38,736 nt of DNA from a virus (lineage: Duplodnaviria; Caudoviricetes), in IMG/VR virus record IMGVR_UViG_3300037424_002394, positions 1-38,736 of that record; one strand, written 5' to 3'. Of this stretch, positions 1 to 7,601 are shown piece after piece. The notes under the pieces are model-generated. The model saw only the letters and a program-made list of their open reading frames with translations. It had not been told where the DNA came from and did no database searches. The translations under genes and the position numbers were made by a program. Within the stretch, counting starts at the first letter, position 1, and every line of letters begins with the position of its first letter.

Positions 1-185
1 TTGGGTTTTTTTCAAGGGCGCTTTAAAGTTTCGGCGAGGCGGGTTTCCATTGCTTCGCACAATTACCCGTTTGTTTACAACGGATTTTTCTACACCTCCC
101 ATTGCTTGTAATATTTTTTGTTTAAGTCCCATTAATTTTCAAACCTGAATAAAAGTCTTTTGGATTCCACGAGACCGAGCTTCTT
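1..185. repeat. Terminal direct repeat, left copy (circular contig overlap)
   Basis: Matches 38552-38736 except C58 vs T38609, a synonymous Val GTG/GTA change in the portal gene. Unique length is about 38,551 bp. Confidence 0.97.
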
Positions 186-638
186 TTCGATCTCATTGAT
201 TTTTGCTTCAATCTCTTCAAGCGTTTTAAATTTTGCAGCTTTGCCGCCGATATTAATTTCTACATAGTCTCTCCCCGAAATTGTTAAGCGGGCGGCGTAT
301 AATTTTTCGAGAACCAATTCATCGTTGGAGCGGAGATCACCGGCAACCGAAAGCAAGGATTTAACTTCTACGAATCCTTCGTAAGGAACTTCTACCTTCC
401 CGGTTGTATTGTTTGTGAATACATATTGATAGGCGTACTTGCCTTGCGGTATAACAGTATCAACAGCATCTTTGTTTATAAAAAAAGCCGAACCCGATGC
501 GGTTGTTAAAATTTCAACCGCCGCGCTGCTGTTAAGTTTGAGATAAATTTTGAGAGTCCATTCCAGGGCGGAATAGCTTGCGAAGACTTCTAAGTAGTAC
601 CAGGTTGCACCGGCGTATATGATGGAATCGATAAACAT
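132..638 (-). CDS. Head-tail joining/adaptor protein, gpW-like C-terminus
   Basis: Stop overlaps the portal start across the circular junction. C-terminal 'YVEINIGGKAAKFKTLEEIEAKINEIEKKL' resembles lambda gpW-type adaptors. Confidence 0.55.
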   Translation of the reverse strand: MFIDSIIYAGATWYYLEVFASYSALEWTLKIYLKLNSSAAVEILTTASGSAFFINKDAVDTVIPQGKYAYQYVFTNNTTGKVEVPYEGFVEVKSLLSVAGDLRSNDELVLEKLYAARLTISGRDYVEINIGGKAAKFKTLEEIEAKINEIEKKLGLVESKRLLFRFEN

Positions 639-688
639 ATTGCCCTATTATGTTTAGGGCAAAGGTGAGCAAAAGATAAATTAATAAA

Positions 689-726
689 TACTTCACAGTA
701 CTTCAGCGTACTTCAAGGCGTGAAGT
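689..726. promoter_or_regulatory. Three TACTTCA direct repeats at 10-bp period plus an inverted TGAAGT; candidate late-promoter activator sites
   Basis: Copies at 689-695, 699-705 and 709-715, inverted copy at 721-726. Lies upstream of the head operon, with a hairpin TGCCCTA..TAGGGCA at 641-661. Confidence 0.45.
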
Positions 727-736
727 CGCGGTAAGT

Positions 737-1015
737 TTACGGATTGCTTTTGTTCTCTTCCTTTGGAATGTATTTAACATCAACATCCAATGCGGCGGCT
801 AAAGTTAATAATTGTTTTTCATTGATAAAAAATTTTCCAGCTTCCATACGCGCGATTGTTTCCTGATGCCAACCGCATTTCTCTGCAAGTTGTAGTTGAG
901 TTAGGTCTAACTCAATTCGTCTATCCTTAAAAAAAGCAGCCCGGCTATTCCGGGCGGCAAGCAAATTTTTTTCAGAAATCATCTTCATCTTCCTCCATTT
1001 CATCGAGATCTTCAT
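737..1015 (-). CDS. XRE-family HTH transcriptional regulator (probable start 982)
   Basis: 'RRIELDLTQLQLAEKCGWHQETIARMEAGK' is a typical HTH_3 signature. GGAGG lies upstream of ATG 982. Confidence 0.85.
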   Translation of the reverse strand: MKISMKWRKMKMISEKNLLAARNSRAAFFKDRRIELDLTQLQLAEKCGWHQETIARMEAGKFFINEKQLLTLAAALDVDVKYIPKEENKSNP

Positions 1016-1292
1016 CTAATTTTCTTTCTTCAAGCGCCATGAAGTTCCATGCGTCAATAAGTATTTTATCAACTTTTTCTTTTGATGGCCGTTCATTGCT
1101 GAAGAATTGAACATCCGCGATGCTATCGTAGAACTCTTCGAAAGTAGCAAACATACCTTGCGAATAATCAAATCGAATTGATACCGGGGGAGCATCAAGT
1201 TTGATTATATACGTTTGCTGTTCCGGGGAAGAAATATTATTCTCCCCCCAAACAAAATGTAAATAATTTTTTGGGTCAAATTCGTTTTTCAT
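972..1292 (-). CDS. Hypothetical protein with acidic C-terminal tail
   Basis: 106-aa ORF overlapping the HTH gene, ending DEDLDEMEEDEDDF. Confidence 0.65.
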   Translation of the reverse strand: MKNEFDPKNYLHFVWGENNISSPEQQTYIIKLDAPPVSIRFDYSQGMFATFEEFYDSIADVQFFSNERPSKEKVDKILIDAWNFMALEERKLDEDLDEMEEDEDDF

Positions 1293-1301
1293 TTTTCAAA
1301 C

Positions 1302-1931
1302 TTATTTTAGATTTATAAATTCGTTATATTTTTCTTCGCTTTCAAATTCCCACCCAGAAAAGTATTCAGGAAGGTTGTAAGATTTATATGTGCTATCGAA
1401 CCAGCCGTACTTTCCGTTCATCTCTCTATCTGTTCGATAGTTAATTGCCGGTTCGTCTGTAACTCTTTCATATCGTTTTGCATTTGCTTTTAAAAAATCA
1501 TGCTTTCTTTTTTCAAGATTTCTTTTTTCTTCAGCAGCATTTTTAGCATCGTTTTTTGAAAGATTTAATTTTTCAAAATAATCATTCCAATTTGTTGCAA
1601 CATCACAAATTTCTTCGGCGTTTAAGAAATAAGTCTTTTTCATTCCACCGCCGTAAGACTTAGGAAGCATACCGGCGTGATGCCATTCCATATTTGGAAT
1701 GGCATAAAAGAGAATTTCTTTCACTTCGTCAGTGCTTAATCCTGTCGCTTTTTTAAAGAGTTGAGTTGCTTTCCCGAGTGTCAACTTACCCTCGTCGTTG
1801 AGGGCGTCTTCGTGACGGTTGCTTGCAAATTTTGCCGCGCTTAATCCACCACCAACAAAATAATTTTCTTCATTGTATTGAATCTTACAAAATTTTTCTT
1901 GAATTGTTTGAAGTGTTAACTTGCGTCCCAT
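1302..1931 (-). CDS. Hypothetical protein, first gene of a moron operon
   Basis: Long ORF (track start 1991). ATG 1931 is preceded by AAAGGTG and lies downstream of its own promoter. Confidence 0.7.
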   Translation of the reverse strand: MGRKLTLQTIQEKFCKIQYNEENYFVGGGLSAAKFASNRHEDALNDEGKLTLGKATQLFKKATGLSTDEVKEILFYAIPNMEWHHAGMLPKSYGGGMKKTYFLNAEEICDVATNWNDYFEKLNLSKNDAKNAAEEKRNLEKRKHDFLKANAKRYERVTDEPAINYRTDREMNGKYGWFDSTYKSYNLPEYFSGWEFESEEKYNEFINLK

Positions 1932-2009
1932 CTTTTCACCTTTTCGCCGTGTTTTACTTGTTGCCGACAAGTGTTTGGTTGTGAAAAACAATCTTAAAAG
2001 AACTGCTTA

Positions 2010-2038
2010 AATATAACATCTTTGTTATACTTTGTCAA
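2010..2038 (-). promoter_or_regulatory. Sigma70-type promoter TTGACA-17-TATATT with overlapping palindromic operator
   Basis: Minus strand reads TTGACA AAGTATAACAAAGATGT TATATT. Palindrome TATAACA-N4-TGTTATA at 2012-2029. Confidence 0.75.
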
Positions 2039-2183
2039 GAGTTTTTTTCTACAAAAATAAGAAAAAAACGAAGGTTTTAATTAAGTGTGATTTAAAACAA
2101 AGCAAAAACGCAAGCACGAAAGAGGTATAAAGCATCATGTTGGGTTAAGATCACCCCGTGTGGAACGTTTATGAAGGAATTTT

Positions 2184-2399
2184 TTAAGTGCCCTCATCAA
2201 GTTTTATTTTTGAATCCCTCGTAAGCCCTATATCTTTTTGTAAAATTCTCAAGATGCGATCTTCTATTTCTTCATTAGTCATATCGCCAATTATGGAATT
2301 TACTAATTTTGTTGCAGACTTATCAAGGGTGTTGCCAATCCGCAGCAGCTTATCTTTATTCTCAACCGTTAAATATATATGTAGTTCGTTGCCCGCCAT
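2184..2399 (-). CDS. Small ribbon-helix-helix-like DNA-binding protein
   Basis: 'ELHIYLTVENKDKLLRIGNTLDKSATKLVNSII' fits a strand-helix-helix pattern. AGAGGTG RBS. Confidence 0.5.
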   Translation of the reverse strand: MAGNELHIYLTVENKDKLLRIGNTLDKSATKLVNSIIGDMTNEEIEDRILRILQKDIGLTRDSKIKLDEGT

Positions 2400-2467
2400 G
2401 TATCACCTCTTGAGATTTTAATTTAGTTCATCTATAAATTTTGTTATGTCATTTGATTTTTGATTTA

Positions 2468-2764
2468 TCACTTCATCCATTCTGCTTTCAAAGGCATGTC
2501 TTTAACGCTGCCGTGCCAGGCTGTATCAATTTTTTTTAAGGTGCCTTTTAGCAAGCCCTTTTTGATAAGCGCATAAATTAATAATTTATTTATAACTTCT
2601 GTTTCATCAATGCCGCTAATACGGGCGAGTTCTTTAAGTAATTCCGGCATTGCCTCATAAGTACGTTTATCTATTCTACCGGTCTTTTTTTGTCCGGTCA
2701 ATTCTTGTACGGACATTACTTTCGGATAGTTTGTTTTTACTCTATTTTTATAATAATTTTTCAT
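2468..2764 (-). CDS. Hypothetical protein, possibly RHH-like
   Basis: 98-aa ORF; 'LLKELARISGIDETEVINKLLIYAL' resembles an RHH helix pair. Confidence 0.45.
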   Translation of the reverse strand: MKNYYKNRVKTNYPKVMSVQELTGQKKTGRIDKRTYEAMPELLKELARISGIDETEVINKLLIYALIKKGLLKGTLKKIDTAWHGSVKDMPLKAEWMK

Positions 2765-2781
2765 GTTTTGCTTAAGTAGTA

Positions 2782-3197
2782 GTTAGCTCGCCGGAAAAGC
2801 TCGGCGAGCTAACGGCGGCGGCGGATAGCAAAAATTATGAGCTACCCTTATCTATCATTTCAATATATTTCCATTTGAAAGCTCTTATTAAATTATCTTC
2901 AATAGCTTTCGGAAAATGACCCCGCTTGATGTGAAGTATTATTTTATCTAATCCATAATGATTCTGAAACATTTCTTCCAAGTGACTCCATACAACGGGG
3001 TCATTTTCCTTGATTATTTCGCAAATCATACTCTCTGGAGCATCATACAAGGTTGGTTGCTTACTATTTTCGCTCATAATTTTTGCCGTGTAATATTTTT
3101 ATTAATTAAAGTTTTTCGAACAGTACCGCTTTTCCGCAAGCTAACAAACGGATGAAGGCGACAAAGGCGGTCGCCTTATCCGCCGCCGCCGTTATAA
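2782..3197. mobile_element. attC-like nested inverted-repeat gene cassette
   Basis: Perfect 18-bp IR at 2810-2827/3177-3194 and perfect 15-bp IR at 2828-2842/3072-3086 bounding ORF 2835-3077. Also a 12-bp hairpin at 2782-2813 and an attC-shaped hairpin at 3139-3197. Confidence 0.6.
2835..3077 (-). CDS. Hypothetical cassette-borne protein (80 aa)
   Basis: Start and stop codons both lie within the arms of the 15-bp inverted repeat. Confidence 0.6.
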   Translation of the reverse strand: MSENSKQPTLYDAPESMICEIIKENDPVVWSHLEEMFQNHYGLDKIILHIKRGHFPKAIEDNLIRAFKWKYIEMIDKGSS

Positions 3198-3243
3198 AGA
3201 ACCGGCTATCATCCTGGCTGTGCATCAATTATTTCCTTATGAT

Positions 3244-3411
3244 TTAATCTTGCCGATTGATTATAAAATTACAATCAAGTTTATTTTTCTCTAACTCATC
3301 TTGTATATATCTTGATGAGTTTTCTGGAGTAAATCGCATTAAAAACAATCTCTGCCTGAAAAACAAATATTCTCTTAGTAGCCTATTTTTTAATTTATTT
3401 ATTCTTTTCAT
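3244..3411 (-). CDS. Small basic hypothetical protein (55 aa, not in ORF track)
   Basis: ATG directly after the terL stop; translates MKRINKLKNRLLREYLFFRQRLFLMRFTPENSSRYIQDELEKNKLDCNFIINRQD. Confidence 0.4.
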   Translation of the reverse strand: MKRINKLKNRLLREYLFFRQRLFLMRFTPENSSRYIQDELEKNKLDCNFIINRQD

Positions 3412-3412
3412 A

Positions 3413-5341
3413 TTATTTATTCCACCCCGTAACCCAATTAGATGATCTGTTCAATTCTTTTTTCTCTACCGGTTTGGTTTTGCTTTCTTTGTGTTGATTA
3501 AGGTCCTCAGATACCAGCGCGAGATCACGCCCGTCAATCTTCAGCGCGGCGTATGCCATAACTTCGCAGTCTATTACTTCCTGCCGTGTATTAGGTATGT
3601 CCCGGTACGCTTTGCCGTCATTGGTTAATATTACTTTTTGCGACAGCAGTTGATCAAAATATTCATCATTGCAATGTTGATTAAAATGCATTAAGCCCGG
3701 AGTTGGTTTGTAAGGATCAGGATGTTCAACTTGCAGCCGCGCATATATACTATCTTTAGCGGCAACGGTGTTTATTAAATACAAAGGAATCTTTCCTTTA
3801 TTATTAAACGACGGTTCGCGCGGGGCAATAGGACCTTTGTTTGTGTTACTTCCTTTGAAAGCGTAGTAGTGTAGATGTTGTTTGTCGCGGATGTAATCAT
3901 AAGCATTATCTGTATGATGCCCGCCCGTATCAATACACCCGGAAGAAATTTTTAAATCTACACCGTAGGGATGTTTGAATATTAATGATTGTTTCCAGAT
4001 AAAATATTCGCTCCACAGATAGTCCAGCGCAGGATTACCGGCGTGTGTTTTCTTAATTAATCTCCAGCTCTCTTCGCCTATTCCCCAGCCCACAACTATT
4101 GTTTCGATGCGGTTATCTTGAACGTCTGTTCCAAAGGTAATATACACAACGCCCTCCGGCAGCATCGGCGGCGATTCGTGATAGTATAGTCCAATCCGAT
4201 CTAAGAGTGTTTGTTTTTTTGTGATGGTGTAATTAGGATCATATTTTAAAGCCAGCCCTGTATTAATAAATACTTTAGCGTCCTCCATGCTGCCCCGTTT
4301 CGCTTCTTTATCCGCCGATAATTTTTCGTCTACCATTTCTTCCCAGCTTACCCAGGGTGAATAAAGACGGTTCAAATGAAAACCAACTTTGCCGTATAAA
4401 CCTTTTTGAGTAGGTTTCCATTTGCCTAATCTAAGCATGAATCTTTTTACGTTGTTGGTTAAATGTTCTTTGCAATTTTCATTAGCACACTCATAATAAC
4501 TTAACTCAGCTTTCTTTTCCGGGTACCGCATTTGATTCCACTCTAACGTCTGCTCGTGACCGCAAGCAGGGCACGGTACAAAGTATTTTCTGAAATCTGT
4601 AAGTTCGAGAGCCGGCCAGATTAATGACGAACCTTCAAGTCCTGGCGAGGATGTTTTAATTATTTTTTTGTATTCAAAGTTCGTGGTTCTTTTTTCCGCG
4701 AGCTTAACAGGATTTCCTTTCTTGCCTGCGGATAAAGGATAGTCATCAATCTCATCTAACATAAGATAGGGAAGCGGTCGCGAAGCTAAACGGCTCGGTG
4801 AGTTCGCGCCGCCGATTGCAATATATCCGTGTGGGAAACTTTTATGAAATACGGAATCGCTCTTTGATTCTTTCTCTTTTTTTTCTCGAATAATATCAAA
4901 CAAAAAATTGTTATCGCGCACCATTGGGTTGAAGCGTTCGCGCATGTAGTTGCTGGCAAGATCTATACTTGGTTGAATGAACAACATTCCGTTTGGAGAA
5001 AACTTAATTAGCCCCGCTTGTAGAAGCATCATAATAAGAGTTTTCCCGAGCTGCGTTCCGAACACTAAAACTATTTCATGCACCCACTCTTCAAAAGCAA
5101 TATCAAGAATTTCCTTTTGATAGGGCGCTTCTTCATAGTCGTATAGTATCGGTGAATCAACATCCTGAAGCATGTACTCCGGAGACAGATAAAAATTTTT
5201 ACTTGCCCACTCGCTTAGTTTTGGTTTTACTTTTGGAGTGAACAGTTTTAGTATTCTTCTTTCCGCCTCTTCCGCTTTTAACAACGCTTCCGGAGTTGTT
5301 TTCCAGCCGTAATCGATATGTGTCGTAATCGCTAAGTTCAT
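3413..5341 (-). CDS. terL: Terminase large subunit, lambda gpA family
   Basis: APYQKEIL Q-motif, Walker A 'GTQLGKT', Walker B 'LMLDEID', 'FVPCPACGHEQ..C..C' Zn motif, 'GTDVQDNR', 'CIDTGGH' and 'EVIDCEVMAYAA'. Confidence 0.95.
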   Translation of the reverse strand: MNLAITTHIDYGWKTTPEALLKAEEAERRILKLFTPKVKPKLSEWASKNFYLSPEYMLQDVDSPILYDYEEAPYQKEILDIAFEEWVHEIVLVFGTQLGKTLIMMLLQAGLIKFSPNGMLFIQPSIDLASNYMRERFNPMVRDNNFLFDIIREKKEKESKSDSVFHKSFPHGYIAIGGANSPSRLASRPLPYLMLDEIDDYPLSAGKKGNPVKLAEKRTTNFEYKKIIKTSSPGLEGSSLIWPALELTDFRKYFVPCPACGHEQTLEWNQMRYPEKKAELSYYECANENCKEHLTNNVKRFMLRLGKWKPTQKGLYGKVGFHLNRLYSPWVSWEEMVDEKLSADKEAKRGSMEDAKVFINTGLALKYDPNYTITKKQTLLDRIGLYYHESPPMLPEGVVYITFGTDVQDNRIETIVVGWGIGEESWRLIKKTHAGNPALDYLWSEYFIWKQSLIFKHPYGVDLKISSGCIDTGGHHTDNAYDYIRDKQHLHYYAFKGSNTNKGPIAPREPSFNNKGKIPLYLINTVAAKDSIYARLQVEHPDPYKPTPGLMHFNQHCNDEYFDQLLSQKVILTNDGKAYRDIPNTRQEVIDCEVMAYAALKIDGRDLALVSEDLNQHKESKTKPVEKKELNRSSNWVTGWNK

Positions 5342-5807
5342 TCTTTATTTCATCAACTAATTCTTTTAAACCTTTTTTTACATGCTGTGGTAAATCAAAT
5401 TTTACCGCCGCCTTGCTTGGAATAATTTCCAGTTTAGTATTTATATGAACAACAATTTTTTCAAGCCGCGCTTGGTGATCGTCAACTGAAATCGCAGATC
5501 CTATTACGTCTCTTTTAAATTCAAACTGCTCTCGCAAAAATTTAATTTCGTCACGCTTTTCTGCGAATGTGTTTTTCCCGCCTGTCTGTTTTTTGTTGTT
5601 CTCTTCTTCAATTATTTTTAATAAAAAATTTACAACAGGATAATGATTTCTAACCTTCCCCTTTGGGTAACCGTCTTCAATAACTTTTTGCTGTATCCTA
5701 CGGCCACTCCAAGTTAGATGTGTATTCTTAATTATTCCGACTAATTCTTTTAAAGAAACTTCAATATCAAAAATTGATTCGGGTTCATTCCTTTTTTGTT
5801 TTGACAT
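5199..5807 (-). CDS. terS: Terminase small subunit (Nu1-like)
   Basis: Directly upstream of terL and downstream of the predicted cos. Winged-HTH-like 'SGRRIQQKVIEDGYPKG..YPV' followed by a helical region. Confidence 0.7.
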   Translation of the reverse strand: MSKQKRNEPESIFDIEVSLKELVGIIKNTHLTWSGRRIQQKVIEDGYPKGKVRNHYPVVNFLLKIIEEENNKKQTGGKNTFAEKRDEIKFLREQFEFKRDVIGSAISVDDHQARLEKIVVHINTKLEIIPSKAAVKFDLPQHVKKGLKELVDEIKNELSDYDTYRLRLENNSGSVVKSGRGGKKNTKTVHSKSKTKTKRVGK

Positions 5808-6014
5808 ATCATAGTTTTAGCGAAATAATTAATCCGCATTTTCGGTTTATAAAGAAATTCTATTTTTAAAGTTTTTAACAGTGATTTTACGCATGTTGAG
5901 TGTCGCCTTTATTTTTGTGTGTTTTATCATACCTGAGAAAATTATTTGTTTTTATTGTTCATCAATTATTTGCAATACGAAACGAAATCACCTTTTTTAT
6001 ACCAAAAAATTTAT

Positions 6015-6063
6015 GAATCCTGCGCTCGTCCCGCATCCGCATCCAATGTTTGAGAAAGGACCC
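6015..6063 (-). other. Predicted cos site (cosQ-like GGGTCCT followed by a GC-rich cosN candidate)
   Basis: Minus strand GGGTCCTTTC (6063-6054) matches the lambda cosQ context. GCGGATGCGGGACGAGCGCAG follows at similar spacing, then an AT-rich stretch to terS. Confidence 0.6.
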
Positions 6064-6065
6064 AT

Positions 6066-6641
6066 TCATCGTCGGCCCTGATAGTACTTAAAATTATTTT
6101 CGTACTTTTTAGCGTAGTTTTTACGTACATAACCGTCTATTGTTCTCATTGATTGCCGCGACCCGATAAGCTGTGCTTGGTTCGGTCCGAGCTTATCATC
6201 AATCTTTTGTGAATGTTTGGTAAAGTTGCCTGGTCTGCTTTTCATTTGCTCATCAGGGTTTCTAACAAATGCACCGGTGTGCCCGCTCTTCATTGTAGCG
6301 ATGAACCCGCCTTTAAGTGTTTTTCTTTTACCACGAACAACCATAAATGTAACTGCTTTCTTTCCGCGCGCGCCGTACTTAGCTAATGTAATTCCTTTAT
6401 AACGCGCTCTTGAATGAATGGTTGCTATGGGCTTCTTAAACGTTGCTTTCTCAACTCTGCTGCCTTCTTTCAAATCTTTATCTTTTATATTGATTCGTGC
6501 TCTAATCTCTTTACGTGTTGCGGTGAAGCCACCGCTTGCAACCTCATTCACGGTACGCACATGAGCTTTGTTTATATCATCACCCATGGCTTTAATTTCT
6601 TTCTTAACAAACTGTTTTATATTAGATTTAATATTAATCAT
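6066..6641 (-). CDS. Tail completion protein, lambda gpZ-like
   Basis: Basic 191-aa protein with 'ITLAKYGAR', 'GGFIATMKSGHTGAFVR' and 'LGP' motifs typical of gpZ-like proteins; located just before cos. Confidence 0.7.
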   Translation of the reverse strand: MINIKSNIKQFVKKEIKAMGDDINKAHVRTVNEVASGGFTATRKEIRARINIKDKDLKEGSRVEKATFKKPIATIHSRARYKGITLAKYGARGKKAVTFMVVRGKRKTLKGGFIATMKSGHTGAFVRNPDEQMKSRPGNFTKHSQKIDDKLGPNQAQLIGSRQSMRTIDGYVRKNYAKKYENNFKYYQGRR

Positions 6642-6871
6642 ACAATCACAGCCTTCTTATTCTTTCTCTTCTTCAAATCCTTGGTTGTAAAGTTGTTATC
6701 AACTATCTGTAACTTCACATCCTTGTTGACTACCCACACCCATTCTTTATTTAGGTTTAACGTGAACGTACCGAACGATGCATAGATAACATTGCCTTGC
6801 TTCTTACAATGAGGCGCAAGCAGTCTCTCGCCGTCCGGCATGGTTAATATGCATTTAACAAATTCACTCAT
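6638..6871 (-). CDS. Hypothetical protein
   Basis: 77 aa, with ATGA overlaps to both neighbours. Confidence 0.55.
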   Translation of the reverse strand: MSEFVKCILTMPDGERLLAPHCKKQGNVIYASFGTFTLNLNKEWVWVVNKDVKLQIVDNNFTTKDLKKRKNKKAVIV

Positions 6872-7212
6872 ACAAACAACTCAGTTTGTTCTTTTGATTT
6901 AGTAATAAAAATTTCATCAATAAAATCTATTTCTGGATTCTCAACCCTTTCCCAATCGAATGTATTTAGATTTACTTTCCAACATTGGAGAAGTCTGTCT
7001 CCGATATACTCATAACCGTTCAGGTAATCATACCTATCTCCACAAACAATTTCTTTTTGATTGTCTAAATCGATAAGAATAAATGAAAGTGATCCGTTTT
7101 CACATTCTCGTATTTCTTTTACTTCATAATTACCTTTGCAATGCCAGTTTGACTTATCTTCAATCTGATTGTAATAATCTGTTGTAATATGATCACCAGG
7201 ATAAACTTTCAT
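6868..7212 (-). CDS. Hypothetical protein
   Basis: 114 aa, translationally coupled in the operon. Confidence 0.6.
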   Translation of the reverse strand: MKVYPGDHITTDYYNQIEDKSNWHCKGNYEVKEIRECENGSLSFILIDLDNQKEIVCGDRYDYLNGYEYIGDRLLQCWKVNLNTFDWERVENPEIDFIDEIFITKSKEQTELFV

Positions 7213-7601
7213 AGCAGTATCACATTCTCTTTATGTATTTCTTTCAACAGTTCAACCTCTTGCGCTTCGAAGTATTCAAGGTTTGGTTTAAAGATTTTGT
7301 TCTTCAGTAAAACCAAATTAAAATGAGCGTCGGCGCCGATCTTCTTTATTACCCACTCTTGTTTCTTCTCAGGATGTGAATCCAAATAAGGGTGACAATA
7401 TTCTTTGCACAAATAGAAAGTATTATTTGGATGAAACTTTAATTGTATGAATGCACGGCTGAAGCAATGTGCCCACTCACAAAAGATTGGCCTGCCGCAA
7501 CATTCACACTTGCCGCCGCTTCTTAACCTTACAAATTGTTTCGAGAATAATTCGAGTTTTCTATAGAGTGCTTTTAATTTCTTTTTCTCTAGCTTCGTCA
7601 T
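7209..7601 (-). CDS. NinG/Rap-like HNH-fold nuclease
   Basis: 'FSKQFVRLR..GKCECCG...WAHCFSR...KFHPNNTFYLCKEYCH' follows the NinG pattern. Confidence 0.7.
   Translation of the reverse strand: MTKLEKKKLKALYRKLELFSKQFVRLRSGGKCECCGRPIFCEWAHCFSRAFIQLKFHPNNTFYLCKEYCHPYLDSHPEKKQEWVIKKIGADAHFNLVLLKNKIFKPNLEYFEAQEVELLKEIHKENVILL

Noticed and set aside
1-185. Biological terminal repeat or att duplication
   Set aside because: It falls within the portal and adaptor coding sequences, while a gpA terminase and cos candidate lie elsewhere; it is best explained as assembly overlap.
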